64,000 nucleotides of DNA from Macrostomum hystrix (taxonomy: Eukaryota > Animalia > Platyhelminthes), in the NCBI GenBank assembly GCA_950097015.1, contig CATNEN010000011.1, forward strand, positions 2,728,001 to 2,792,000. Reading direction: 5' to 3'. The position numbers and the translations under genes are program-made. Below the pieces are notes generated by a model, which saw nothing but the letters and a program-made list of their open reading frames with translations, was not told the origin of the DNA and did not search any database. Below are positions 1 through 13,019 of this stretch, piece after piece (positions within the stretch are counted from its first letter, which is position 1; every line of letters starts with the position of its first letter).

Positions 1-1110
1 ATCTAGGAAGATTCTAGAGAGGATCTGAGAAGATTCTAGAGAGGATCTGGGAAGATTCCAGAGAAGATCTGGGAAGATTCTAGAGAAGATCTGGGAAGAC
101 TCTAGAGAGGATCTGCGAAGATTCTAGGGAGGATCTGCGAAGATTCTAGAGAGGCTCTGGGAAGATTTTAGACATGATCTGGGAAGATTCTAGAGAGGAT
201 CTGCGAAGATTCTAGAGAGGATCTGGGAAGATTCTAGAGAGGATCTGAGAAGATTCCATAGAGGATCTGGGAAGATTCTAGACAGGATATGGGAAGATTC
301 TAGAGAGGATATGCGAAGATTCCAGAGAGGATCTGGGAAGATTCTAGAGAGGATCTGCGAAGATTCTTGAGAGGCTCTGGGAAGATTCTAGAGAGGATCT
401 AGGAAGATTCTAGAGAGGATCTGGGAAGATTCTAGACAGGATATGGGAAGATTCTAGAGAGGATCTGGGAAGATTTCAGAGAGGATCTGGGAAGATTCTA
501 GAGAGGATCTGCGAAGATTCTAGGGAGGATCTGGGAAGATTCTAGAGAGGATCTGAGAAGATTCTAGAGAGGATCTGGGAAGATTCTAGAGAGGATCTGG
601 GAAGATTCTAGACAGGATATGGGAAGATTCTAGAGAGGATCTGGGAAGATTCCAGAGAGGATCTGGGAAGATTCTAGAGAGGATCTGCGAAGATTCTTGA
701 GAGGCTCTGGGAAGATTCTTGAGAGGATCTGGGAAGATTCTTGAGAGGATCTGGGAAGATTCTAGAGAGGATCTGGGAAGATTCCAGAGAGGATCTGGGA
801 AGATTCCAGAGAGGATCTGGGAAGATTCTAGAGAGGATCTGCGAAGATTCTAGGGAGGATCTGGGAAGATTCTAGAGAGGATCTGGGAAGATTCCTGAGA
901 GGCTTTGGGAAGATTCTAGAGAGGATCTGGGAAGATTCTAGAGAGGATCTGGGAAGATTCCTGAGAGGCTTTGGGAAGATTCTAGAGAGGATCTGTGAAT
1001 ATTCCTGAGAGGCTTTGGGAAGATTCTAGACAGGATCTGGGAAGATTTTAGCGAGAATTTGGGAAGATTCCAGAGAAATTCCAGGATGATTATAGAGAGG
1101 ATCTGAGAAT
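1..1110. repeat. Minisatellite, 22-bp unit GGGAAGATTCTAGAGAGGATCT, runs off the left edge; probably inside a protocadherin intron
   Basis: About 48 tandem copies, degenerating towards 1110. Confidence 0.97.
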
Positions 1111-1765
1111 ATTTTATTCGGGTCAATAAAAAAATCCCTAGCCCAAATCCCATCTGTTGCAAATTTCTCCCCACAAATTTACTCATCAAAATTCCTTCTC
1201 AACCCTAGCTTTAGCTGGGCACAGCAGTTTGGACTCAGTAGATGAAAACTGTTTTTTCCCGGCAAAATGTGCAATCTCATCACCGAATCGTATCGCAAGC
1301 CAAACACCAGCCCTTCGCGCATTGCTCAACTTCAATCTGCGGTAATTGCTAGCCCCTTGGGGGTTACAGCATCATTGATTTGGCGTCATCATCGCTATAC
1401 TCGCGCATATACTCGCATACTTATGCTGTCCTATATAGCTGCATACAGCCGAATAGCAATCTGTATAGGGGCAGCGAAAAAAAATTGGATGAAAATGGAA
1501 AGGCGAAAATTAACTCAGCGAAAGCAGATGGAGGGTACGAAATTTGATTAACGACGATAATGGACTGCCGGCAGGACCGATGCTCACACTGTGCTCAAAA
1601 ACGTATTTTTGAGTCCAGTTCGACTAGCTGACTACCTCGCATTTCTTATCTGTAACTCGACAAAAATTTGTTCCTCGTATCCCCTGGTCGAAAAGAAAAG
1701 TAATGCTACTTTCAACAATCTTGCACCTGAGCTATGAGAGGAAAAAAATTCCACGCTTTATTACT

Positions 1766-1853
1766 TCACATAGACTTTCACATAGAATTTCACATAGACT
1801 TTTCCATAGACTTTCCCATAGACTTTCACAGACTTTCACATAGAATTTCACAT
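1766..1853. repeat. Short array, ~12-bp unit TTCACATAGACT
   Basis: About 7 imperfect copies. Confidence 0.85.
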
Positions 1854-2589
1854 AGTTAAACTTAGAGAAAAGCTAAACTTATAGAATAGTTTTTAGTTAC
1901 GGCTCGTAAGAATAGTTAAACTTGAAGAAAACGAAATTTTAGATTTAAATATGTTAATACATATTTAATCATCGTAAATTATAAAATAGGCCAGGCAATT
2001 TTTACTAAAACACGGAAAATCATTTCACTAACGTTAAATCCAACTTTCTTACGACACTCCAATGCCCATTTTTTTCGTTTTTCTGTCTCTTCTAAAAGAA
2101 TATTCAAACAATCGCCATAAAAATCCAGAGCCCCTGCTAAAATTTTCCGATCAAACAACTTCCACAATCACAAAACATCGGCATCGTCGAGATATTCAAC
2201 CATTCTCGTCGGGGTGACTGGTGGCAAAAATCACAAAAGTAGGAAAAAAATTCTCAGAAAATGTTGTCATGTAATCATGTCGCTACTGTTGTAGACTATA
2301 AAATATTAATTATGTTGTTCATTTATACACTTTTGAACTAATATGGATTCGCCAAATAGGTTTACACAGAGCAATGTCAGTTGTCCTTGTCACCAGGATC
2401 CAAATGGTGAACTTTCACGAAAATCAGTCATTCGGTTTGGTAGCTATCGTGAAACAGGCAGTGGGTTTTCCTACTGTTAATTCGTTAATTCGAAAAATCC
2501 CTTTCAAGAGATTGTTTTATTCAATGGCTTAAAGCCAGTCGCCAAACTGTTAGAAATTGAGATGAATGAATTCTCTGTTCTATGCTCAC

Positions 2590-2900
2590 CTGCAGTTCGG
2601 CTCCCGCGGACACAGTTCGTCGCGATCAACTCGTCGGCCAATTTTCAAGTCGCCGCTAATAGGATCCAGTTCGAACAGGTCGCGCAGTCTGGGCGTTTCC
2701 TGGAACAGACTGAATCTTCGATCCGTCGAGACCACGACAGTCGGACCTGTGAAGGCCGATTTGGCATTGCCGATTACTGTCCCGATTGGCTGCTCCTCGT
2801 CGATGGTGAATTCAAGATTCGCAGATTTGATTGATTTAACAGAGAGCAGTACGATCCACAGGACTAGGACAGGCCGGACAGCTCGGTCGCTGGGTGCCAT
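2590..2900 (-). CDS. Protocadherin/cadherin-family gene, first coding exon (signal peptide and most of EC1); remaining exons not found in the window
   Basis: MAPSDRAVRPVLVLWIVLLSVKS signal-like segment, then FTIDEEQPIGTVIG and LFELDPISGDLKIGRRVDRDELCPREPNC, matching the protocadherin EC1 pattern (xDRE-xLC-x4-5-C). Donor CAG|GTGAG at 2590/2589; acceptor TTCCTCAG directly before the ATG. Confidence 0.85.
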
Positions 2901-2947
2901 CTGAGGAAGTTGGAAAAATTAATCTCAGAAAATACGTTTTATTAGTT

Positions 2948-3380
2948 CCACAAGTCTTTAATCCCTAATATTCCCCACAACCTTCGTTAATCCCTAATCT
3001 TTGCCTCACCTGTGTTAAATACCAAATCTTCCCCTCACCTGTCTTTAATCCCTAATGTTCTCCTAACCTGTCTTTAATCCCTAATCTTCCCCTCACCTGT
3101 CTTTGATCCCTAATCTTTGCATCACCTGTCTTTAATCCCTAATCTTCACCTCACAAGTCTTTAATCCCTAATCTTCCCCTCACCTCTCTTTAATCCCTAA
3201 TCTTCCCCTCACCTGTCTTTGATCCCTAATCTTCGCCTCACCTGTCTTTAATCCCTAATCTTCGCCTCACCTGTCTTTAATCCCTAATCGTCTCCTCACC
3301 TCTCTTTAATCCCTAATGTTCTCCTAACCTGTCTTTAATCCCTAATGTTCTCCTAACCTGTCTTTAATCCCTTATCTTAA
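2948..3380. repeat. Minisatellite, 29-bp unit CCCTCACCTGTCTTTAATCCCTAATCTTC
   Basis: About 14 copies immediately upstream of the protocadherin acceptor. Confidence 0.95.
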
Positions 3381-3769
3381 TCCCAGTTCTTTTTTCCTTG
3401 ATCGTAATCCCCAATTGTTATTAATAGTTAAATTAGTTTTTGCAGTATGTCGAAGATGTTGATTTCAATCAGATTTAGTCATTTTTAAAACAAAGTCTAC
3501 AAATTTTAAAGTTATCAGCATGGAGAAAGCTTTTTTAAACAAAATACCGGAAAAAAAAACTCTAAAAAATAGGTTTAGTCACGCAAGCTTTATCGAATTT
3601 CATTACTGTTGTTTTTTAGTGCACTTTCAATCGACCGAATTTTCAACTTTGGCATCGAAAAGCAATAGCTTCACCTGGCATTACAACTAATGACAGCTAA
3701 CGGAGAACAAATTTTCAACTATTTCTCATTGTTTGATGTATATGTTTGATTCATGGATATATTGATGGA

Positions 3770-4100
3770 AACCGATTTATATATCCCAGGGAAGGGAGCT
3801 AACACCATTTATCCCACGGTAGGAAAAAGATTTCATTTATCGTACGGAAGGGAAATGGCTTCATTTATCCTATAGAAGGGAACTAACTACGTTTATCCCA
3901 ATGAAGGGAACTGACTCCATTTATCCCAATGAAGGGAACTGGCCTCATTTATCCCAATGAATGGAACTGGCTTCATTTATCCCAATGAAGGGAACTGACT
4001 CCATTAATCCCATTGTATGGAACTGGCTTCATTTATCCCAATGAAGGGAACTGACTTTATTTATCCCATGGGAGGGAACTGAAAGTCTTAATTTATCCCC
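3770..4100. repeat. Minisatellite, 28-bp unit TTTATCCCAATGAAGGGAACTGACTCCA
   Basis: About 11 imperfect copies. Confidence 0.92.
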
Positions 4101-4170
4101 TTCCCGAACAGACTCAATCATATTCAAAACTAAGTGAATAGCTACGTAGCTACATGACTGCAGTTATTAG

Positions 4171-5427
4171 CACTCATATCCGTTACCGACGGATAGGCCG
4201 AAAACGGCCATAGACACTTGCAACATCAAATAACGTATGTGTTGCTGTGACCACTGTTCCCGCCTATAGTCTCACTAAGATTTGATTTTTACTCGGTAGT
4301 ATTTTTGTCCCACTGACTTTGCTGTGTACCTTTCTTTTGCTGAAAGTTAGCCATGGATCCCCTTTACTCATCAAACTCTGAGGACGATTTTTTTACTGAC
4401 GACGAAGATGGATCCTATTATTTTGATGAAGAGCCTGGTGAGGACGGTGACAACGTTGAAAGCGCGAGTAGTTCTGAAGATGAGGACATCGAAATGAAAG
4501 AAGATCTGGAGTGGTATCAAGTTGTCGAAGGGACAGACGTCAGACCGTCAGTGGTTCCAGAGTTCGTGGGCACACCCGGAGTTCGACCGGACTGGGTACC
4601 ACCGCAACCGGCGAATGGCAGTGAGGCAGAATATTTGCTTCAGTATTTGACAGACGAGCTGTTTGAAAGCATTGCCAGGTGGACAAATGAACGGGCCTGG
4701 AGTTTCGTTGAGGGAAAACCAGTTGATGAGCTGCCAAAGGTGGTGTCTACATGGAAAGATTGTAGTGTGGATGAAGTGAGGAAGCTGATCGGCATCGTGC
4801 TGCTCATGGGCGTTGATGACAAACCTGAGATTAGTTCCTACTGGACGAAAGATCCCGTGTACCACTGCTCTTTTTTGGCTCAGCCGCACTCACTCTCGCG
4901 TGATCGTTTTAAGCAGATTCTTTCTTGCCTTCGCTTCTACAGTAGCGCCGGTCCTGCTCCCCATAGCCCAATCGACAAGATCTCTCCGTTCCTTGCTCTT
5001 GTGTATAGTCGGTGCATGGGTGGAGTGGACCGCATGGACTCTAGCACGAGTCCCTACATGGCGAACCGGAAGTCATTGCGCTGGTTCAACAAGCTGGCCT
5101 TCCATCTGATTGTCATACTGGTCCGCAACGCTTGGATCGTATACAACTTTCATGGTGGCAGTATGACCTTCCTGCACTTCCTGGGCAAGGCGATTTAGCC
5201 AATTTAGCCAAAGCTAAATTAACTTAATTGAGCTAAATTGAGTTAATTGAGCTAAATTAAGCTCAATTAACTTTTATTGTACGTTACTTATTGTCTTAGC
5301 TTAACTTATATACTGTATTGCAATACTTAGTGTACGAGCGTACGTACACAATTTTTTAGAAGTCTTGAATATATACTTATCATTTATGGCCGTTTTCGTC
5401 CACTAACCGTCGGGAATGGATGTGGTG
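4171..5427 (+). mobile_element. piggyBac-family element, internally deleted, with imperfect ~42-bp inverted repeats
   Basis: 4171-4212 CACTCATATCCGTTACCGACGGATAGGCCGAAAACGGCCATA is mirrored by 5385-5427. The enclosed ORF has PGBD motifs. No clean TTAA TSD at these positions, so the true ends may lie further out (TTAA at 5524-5527). Confidence 0.75.
4353..5198 (+). CDS. piggyBac transposase-derived ORF (281 aa, PGBD4-like) missing the catalytic core
   Basis: Acidic N-terminus, LQYLTDELFESIARWTNERA, EVRKLIGIVLLMG, SYWT, LSRDRFKQILSCLRF, then a direct jump to YSRCMGGVDRMD...RKSLRWFNKLAFHL...NAWIVY. The xIDESM and DNxF/YT motifs and the Cys-rich tail are absent. Confidence 0.85.
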   Translation: MDPLYSSNSEDDFFTDDEDGSYYFDEEPGEDGDNVESASSSEDEDIEMKEDLEWYQVVEGTDVRPSVVPEFVGTPGVRPDWVPPQPANGSEAEYLLQYLTDELFESIARWTNERAWSFVEGKPVDELPKVVSTWKDCSVDEVRKLIGIVLLMGVDDKPEISSYWTKDPVYHCSFLAQPHSLSRDRFKQILSCLRFYSSAGPAPHSPIDKISPFLALVYSRCMGGVDRMDSSTSPYMANRKSLRWFNKLAFHLIVILVRNAWIVYNFHGGSMTFLHFLGKAI

Positions 5428-6577
5428 CGAAATCGAACGATTTTCAAGGCCATAGACTTATTTTTTGCCGTCTCACTCGGATGTTGTCAGAGTGGACGAA
5501 AACGGCCATCCGTTTGACTTCGGTTAAGAAGAGACAATTTAGCCAAAACTGTATTAAGCTAGCTAAGAAATAATTTCCACCGATTATTTTTAACTGCAAC
5601 ACCGATGATTCACAAAGGTCGGGGAAGCAAAATGCAAACTAGAATCTGTGTTTGTTGCTTTGATTCTTCAAAGCCTGACGAATCTAAAATGTTCGTGATC
5701 TTTGGCTGATTACATATAGTCTCAAATCAATGTTCAATACTTCTGAGCAATGGAGAGTGTCGGCTGTTCAACTCTTGTTGTTTTAAAATATTGCATAGCT
5801 ATTTTTTCTTTTAAATCAATCAGCATTTTTTTCAGCAGAAAATGAGTCATTAATTAAAAAAACTGTTTCTCAAAGCCGTTGCAAAGATCGAAGTCTGTGC
5901 AAGAATTCTGCCTCAAGAAATTGTCGCACTCTAAAATAGAATTACTGTTTGAGCACTAGAAAGCATTTAGCTATTGGGTACTTGTGTAAATTCTTCTTTG
6001 CCTTATATGTAGACAACAGAAGAGAATTGTAGCTAAGTGTAATAGTCAACATTACACAGCGAGCGAATATGACTAAGGCTTTCAATTTTCATTGCTTAGC
6101 TACACACTCATTGGCTTGGCCTAATATCTACCTGTGTGTGCTTACTTCCTTCCGTGTATGAGGGCTGGGCAGACTCAACTGTCTCACAACTCGCTAGCTA
6201 TTCTCTTTCGCAAAGAAATAAGCTCTACAAGCAGCAAGAAATTGCTTGCAAGCATCGTATAGGGAGAAGAAGAAAGATGTATAACACAAAGAGAAGTGGA
6301 CTATAGAATAAAAAACTTGTAGAGACTTTGAGAGTTCGCAGAACCTAAAAAAATTGGCTTCATTCATTTTAGTAAAGCCATAAAATTTTATCCGATAGTT
6401 ATAGTTGCTTGGCAAATATTTGCATCTTACACACACACAGACACACAAGCATGCTAACACACTGAATCATCCTAGACTCATAGTTGCCAATAAGCAACAG
6501 ACTATACGAGTATTGTGCTGTTATAACTGAACATTCAATAAATGCAATTTGATAGACAAGTGTAGAGTCCATATTTA

Positions 6578-6760
6578 GATGAAGACTGCTTACGGTTGTT
6601 CAGTCCATGGACTGTGGGGAAGCCACACCACTTATCTCTAAATTACACCAAGCTAATTCTGGTATATTGATTTAACAGCTGAGTGAAATTGTTACAGTGT
6701 AGTCAAGAATCGAACCTCCGACCTTTAAGTTGTGAGTTCGATGCTCTAAACACTAGGCTA
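6578..6760 (-). mobile_element. tRNA-derived CORE-type SINE, degenerate and internally deleted copy
   Basis: Minus strand reads TAGCCTAGTGTTTAG (A box) and GGTTCGATTC (B box); shares CAGTCCATGGACTG with the other copies. Confidence 0.75.
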
Positions 6761-7073
6761 TGGTTAGAAACAGTTCGGTAGAATTAGAAACATATTAAAC
6801 GAATAGGATGCTAAATACATTTATTGATATATAAATAGATAGATTAAAACGATTATATAAGGCACACTAATTTAACTGATTCGTGTTTTTTTAAGGTAAA
6901 GAAACACGCAGACTGTGGGAACTGATAAAATCTGGGACACATTTGAGAACTACTCGTCTAAAATACAACTCGATGTCGACCTTTCGCTAAATAAATAATT
7001 ACTTCTGGCATTTCTAATGTAAATCTGCTTCATCTACAGTACTCGAGAGTAGAATTCTGCATAGCAACAGCAC

Positions 7074-10000
7074 AGGATAAATGCTGTGAGATTCCTTCCA
7101 TGGGATAAATGCTGTGAGATTCCTTCCGTGAGGATAAATGCTGTGAGATTCCTTCCGTGAGGATAAATGCTGTGAGATTCCTTCCGTGAGGATAAATGCT
7201 GCGAGATTCCTTCCATGAGGATAAATGCTGTAAGATTCCTTCCGTGAGGATAAATGCTGTGAGATTCCTACCATGAGGATAAATGCTGTGAGATTCCTAC
7301 CATGAGGATAAATGCTGTGAGATTCCTTCCATGAGGATAAATGCTGTGAGATTCCTACCATGAGGATAAATGCTGTGAGATTCCTTCCGTGGGATAAATG
7401 CTGTGAGATTCCTTCCGTGAGGATAAATGCTGTGAGATTCCTACCATGAGGATAAATGCTGTGAGATTCCTTCCGTGAGGATAAATGCTGTGAGATTCCT
7501 TCCATGAGGATAAATGCTGTGAGATTCCTTCCATGAGGATAAATGCTGTAAGATTCCTTCCGTGAGGATAAATGCTGTGAGATTCCTTCCATGGGATAAA
7601 TGCTGTGAGATTCCTTCCGTGAGGATAAATGCTGTGAGATTCCTTCCGTGAGGATAAATGCTGTGAGATTCCTTCCGTGAGGATAAATGCTGTGAGATTC
7701 CTTCCGTGAGGATAAATGCTGTGAGATTCCTTCCGTGAGGATAAATGCTGTGAGATTCCTTCCATGAGGATAAATGCTGTGAGATTCCTACCGTGAGGAT
7801 AAAGGCTGTGAGATTCCTTCCGTGAGGATAAATGCTGTGAGATTCCTTCCGTGAGGATAAATGCTGTGAGATTCCTTCCATGAGGATAAATGCTGTAAGA
7901 TTCCTACCATGAGGATAAATGCTGTGAGATTCCTTCCGTGAGGATAAATGCTGTGAGATTCCTTCCATGGGATAAATGCTGTGAGATTCCTTCCATGGGA
8001 TAAATGCTGTGAGATTCCTTCCGTGAGGATAAATGCTGTGAGATTCCTTCCGTGAGGATAAATGCTGTGAGATTCCTTCCGTGGGATAAATGCTGTGAGA
8101 TTCCTTCCGTGAGGATAAATGCTGTGAGATTCCTACCATGAGGATAAATGCTGTGAGATTCCTTCCGTGAGGATAAATGCTGTGAGATTCCTTCCATGAG
8201 GATAAATGCTGTGAGATTCCTTCCATGAGGATAAATGCTGTAAGATTCCTACCGTGAGGATAAATGCTGTGAGATTCCTTCCGTGAGGATAAATGCTGTG
8301 AGATTCCTTCCGTGAGGATAAATGCTGTGAGATTCCTTCCGTGAGGATAAATGCTGTGAGATTCCTTCCGTGAGGATAAATGCTGTGAGATTCCTTCCGT
8401 GAGGATAAATGCTGTGAGATTCCTTCCGTGAGGATAAATGCTGTGAGATTCCTTCCATGAGGATAAATGCTGTGAGATTCCTTCCATGAGGATAAATGCT
8501 GTGAGATTCCTTCCGTGAGGATAAATGCTGTGAGATTCCTTCCATGGGATAAATGCTGTGAGATTCCTTCCGTGAGGATAAATGCTGTGAGATTCCTTCC
8601 GTGAGGATAAATGCTGTGAGATTCCTTCCGTGAGGATAAATGCTGTGAGATTCCTTCCGTGAGGATAAATGCTGTGAGATTCCTTCCGTGAGGATAAATG
8701 CTGTGAGATTCCTTCCATGAGGATAAATGCTGTGAGATTCCTACCGTGAGGATAAATGCTGTGAGATTCCTTCCGTGAGGATAAATGCTGTGAGATTCCT
8801 TCCGTGAGGATAAATGCTGTGAGATTCCTTCCATGAGGATAAATGCTGTAAGATTCCTACCATGAGGATAAATGCTGTGAGATTCCTTCCGTGAGGATAA
8901 ATGCTGTGAGATTCCTTCCATGGGATAAATGCTGTGAGATTCCTTCCATGGGATAAATGCTGTGAGATTCCTTCCGTGAGGATAAATGCTGTGAGATTCC
9001 TTCCGTGAGGATAAATGCTGTGAGATTCCTTCCGTGGGATAAATGCTGTGAGATTCCTTCCGTGAGGATAAATGCTGTGAGATTCCTACCATGAGGATAA
9101 ATGCTGTGAGATTCCTTCCGTGAGGATAAATGCTGTGAGATTCCTTCCATGAGGATAAATGCTGTGAGATTCCTTCCATGAGGATAAATGCTGTAAGATT
9201 CCTACCATGAGGATAAATGCTGTGAGATTCCTTCCATGAGGATAAATGCTGTGAGATTCCTTCCATGAGGATAAATGCTGTGAGATTCCTTCCGTGAGGA
9301 TAAATGCTGTGAGATTCCTTCCATGGGATAAATGCTGTGAGATTCCTTCCGTGAGGATAAATGCTGTGAGATTCCTTCCGTGAGGATAAATGCTGTGAGA
9401 TTCCTTCCGTGAGGATAAATGCTGTGAGATTCCTTCCGTGAGGATAAATGCTGTGAGATTCCTTCCATGAGGATAAATGCTGTGAGATTCCTTCCATGAG
9501 GATAAATGCTGTGAGATTCCTTCCGTGAGGATAAATGCTGTGAGATTCCTTCCATGGGATAAATGCTGTGAGATTCCTTCCGTGAGGATAAATGCTGTGA
9601 GATTCCTTCCGTGAGGATAAATGCTGTGAGATTCCTTCCGTGAGGATAAATGCTGTGAGATTCCTTCCGTCAGGATAAATGCTGTGAGATTCCTTCCGTG
9701 AGGATAAATGCTGTGAGATTCCTTCCATGAGGATAAATGCTGTGAGATTCCTACCGTGAGGATAAATGCTGTGAGATTCCTTCCGTGAGGATAAATGCTG
9801 TGAGATTCCTTCCGTGAGGATAAATGCTGTGAGATTCCTTCCATGAGGATAAATGCTGTAAGATTCCTACCATGAGGATAAATGCTGTGAGATTCCTTCC
9901 GTGAGGATAAATGCTGTGAGATTCCTTCCATGGGATAAATGCTGTGAGATTCCTTCCATGGGATAAATGCTGTGAGATTCCTTCCGTGAGGATAAATGCT

Positions 10001-10863
10001 GTGAGATTCCTTCCGTGAGGATAAATGCTGTGAGATTCCTTCCGTGAGGATAAATGCTGTGAGATTCCTTCCGTGAGGATAAATGCTGTGAGATTCCTTC
10101 CGTGAGGATAAATGCTGTGAGATTCCTTCCGTGAGGATAAATGCTGTGAGATTCCTTCCGTGAGGATAAATGCTGTGAGATTCCTTCCATGAGGATAAAT
10201 GCTGTGAGATTCCTTCCATGAGGATAAATGCTGTGAGATTCCTTCCGTGAGGATAAATGCTGTGAGATTCCTTCCATGGGATAAATGCTGTGAGATTCCT
10301 TCCGTGAGGATAAATGCTGTGAGATTCCTTCCGTGAGGATAAATGCTGTGAGATTCCTTCCGTGAGGATAAATGCTGTGAGATTCCTTCCGTGAGGATAA
10401 ATGCTGTGAGATTCCTTCCGTGAGGATAAATGCTGTGAGATTCCTTCCATGAGGATAAATGCTGTGAGATTCCTACCGTGAGGATAAATGCTGTGAGATT
10501 CCTTCCGTGAGGATAAATGCTGTGAGATTCCTTCCGTGAGGATAAATGCTGTGAGATTCCTTCCATGAGGATAAATGCTGTAAGATTCCTACCATGAGGA
10601 TAAATGCTGTGAGATTCCTTCCGTGAGGATAAATGCTGTGAGATTCCTTCCATGGGATAAATGCTGTGAGATTCCTTCCATGGGATAAATGCTGTGAGAT
10701 TCCTTCCGTGAGGATAAATGCTGTGAGATTCCTTCCGTGAGGATAAATGCTGTGAGATTCCTTCCGTGAGGATAAATGCTGTGAGATTCCTTCCGTGAGG
10801 ATAAATGCTGTGAGATTCCTTCCGTGAGGATAAATGCTGTGAGATTCCTTCCGTGAGGATAAA
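7074..10863. repeat. Largest array: 29-bp unit GAGGATAAATGCTGTGAGATTCCTTCCGT (28-bp variant GGGATAAAT), ~3.8 kb, with higher-order structure
   Basis: About 130 near-identical copies. All overlapping ORFs at 7014-10936 are translations of the repeat. Confidence 0.99.
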
Positions 10864-11384
10864 TGAAGCTTTGCGGCATAACACAAAAAGAAGCTTTACG
10901 GCATAGCAACCGAATCAGTCCAGTCCAGTTTGGCATAGCAACTAGCTGCTCTCAAACTTTCACCCCTTCATCAGCTGAGTGTGTGCGAATGCTGAGTATT
11001 TTGTCACCTCGTTAACGATTATAAGAGGCCGCAGAATTTCAAGACAAATAGCAAATATAATAAATTGTATTTTAGGTCTGCAGCACAGTAAATCATATTA
11101 CCTTACTCAAATTCTAATTCATTTCTTTACTTATATTGTTGTCGGGTAAAAAATTTTCCTTACTTTTTTGTCTTCGCCAAACGACAGACAGGCTGTGGCA
11201 CGCCTTACAGACAATTGTTCGGTTGCAAATACCTCGATAATAAGTTGGTGTGAGACAGGAGGTCATTTAATTAATTTTGTTAGTATTTTTCCGTATCTTT
11301 TAAACATGCGTGAGCTCGATATAACAAAGCAGTTTTTTATTTTGTGTTTATATAAGCCAAGAATGGCACACAATACAAAAATTA

Positions 11385-12650
11385 GATTTGAGAAATGACA
11401 CAAATTGTTTATGAAATGACAATGCGATTGTATGAAAAGTGGCACTCTGATCGCTTGAAAAATGGCACTCTGATCGCGTGAGAAATGGCACATAGATCGC
11501 TTGAGATATGGCACTCTGATTGTATGAGAAATGGCACTCTGATCGCTTGAGAAATGGCATTCTGATTGCATGAGAAATGGCACTCTGATTGCATGAGAAA
11601 TGGCACTCTGATCGCTTGAGAAATGGCACTCTGATTGTATGAGAAATGGCACTCTGATTGTATGAGAAATAGCACTCTGATTGTATGAGAAATGGCACTC
11701 TGATTGTATGAGAAATGGCACTCTGATCGCTTGAGAAAAAACACTTAGATCGCTTGAGAAATGGCACCCTGCTTGAGAAATGGCACTCTGATTGTATGAG
11801 AAATGGCACTCTGCTTGCTTGACCAATGGCACTCTGATTGTATGAGAAAAGACACTCTGATTGTATGATAAATGGCACTCTGATTGCTTGAGAAATGGCA
11901 CTCTGATTGCTTGAGAAATGGCACTCTGATTGTATGAGAAATGGCACTCTGATTCTATGAGAAATGGCACTCTGATTGTAGGAGAAATGGCACTCTGATT
12001 GTATGAGAAATGGCACTCTGATCGCTTGAGAAAAAACACTTAGATCGCTTGAGAAATGGCACCCTGCTTGAGAAATGGCACTCTGATTGTATGAGAAATG
12101 GCACTCTGCTTGCTTGACCAATGGCACTCTGATTGTATGAGAAAAGACACTCTGATTGTATGATAAATGGCACTCTGATTGCTTGAGAAATGGCACTCTG
12201 ATTGCTTGAGAAATGGCACTCTGATTGTATGAGAAATGGCACTCTGATTCTATGAGAAATGGCACTCTGATTGTAGGAGAAATGGCACTCTGATCGCTTG
12301 AGAAATGGAACTCAGATGGCTTGAGAAATGGCACTCTGATTGTATGAGAAATGGCACTCTGATTGTATGAGAAATGGCACTCTGATTGTATGAGAAATGG
12401 CACTCTGATTGTATGAGAAATGGCACTCTGATTGCTTGAGAAATGGCACTCTGATTGTATGAGAAATGGCACTCTGATTGTATGAGAAATGGCACTCTGA
12501 TTGTATGAGAAATGGCACTCTGATTGTATGAGAAATGGCACTCTGATTGTATGAGAAATGGCACTCTGATTGTATGAGAAATGGCACTCTGATTGTATGA
12601 GAAATGGCACTCTGATTGTATGAGAAATGGCACTCTGATTGCATGAGAAT
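11385..12650. repeat. Minisatellite, 23-bp unit GAGAAATGGCACTCTGATTGTAT, with a ~295-bp internal block duplication
   Basis: The variant block starting CTCTGATCGCTTGAGAAAAAACACTTAGATC occurs at ~11721 and again at ~12016. Confidence 0.97.
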
Positions 12651-13019
12651 TAGCAGAATTAGGCAGTTATTTGCAGTTATCGACTTGCTAGATAACTTTT
12701 ATATATATTGATGCCTCAAGCAGCTAGTGAGCAAAAATAACTACTTGCAAATTGCTATCAAGCACTCTACAGTCAACATATTTTACAGTCCTCAATCCTC
12801 ATTAGTTAGCAACTACGATTGCCTTGTAATTTTAAGTTAAGGTGGCTACAATTTCGTAATTAGCGATGGAAAACAACGAGACACTTATAAAGCAGGTGAT
12901 ATTTGAGCCATACTCTCATTAGCTAGCTTTTAATAATTAACTAGAAGCAAGTTAACAAAACTGTCACTCTTATCTAGGTTATCTACCTGTTATCTAACCT
13001 TAATCAGTCACAATACATA

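Noticed and set aside
1205-1338. Possible protocadherin exon 2 (TTACCGCAG acceptor, in-phase LKLSNARRAGVWLAIRFGDE...)
   Set aside because: The phase fits, but the expected DxNDNxP motif ending EC1 is absent and the donor is unclear.
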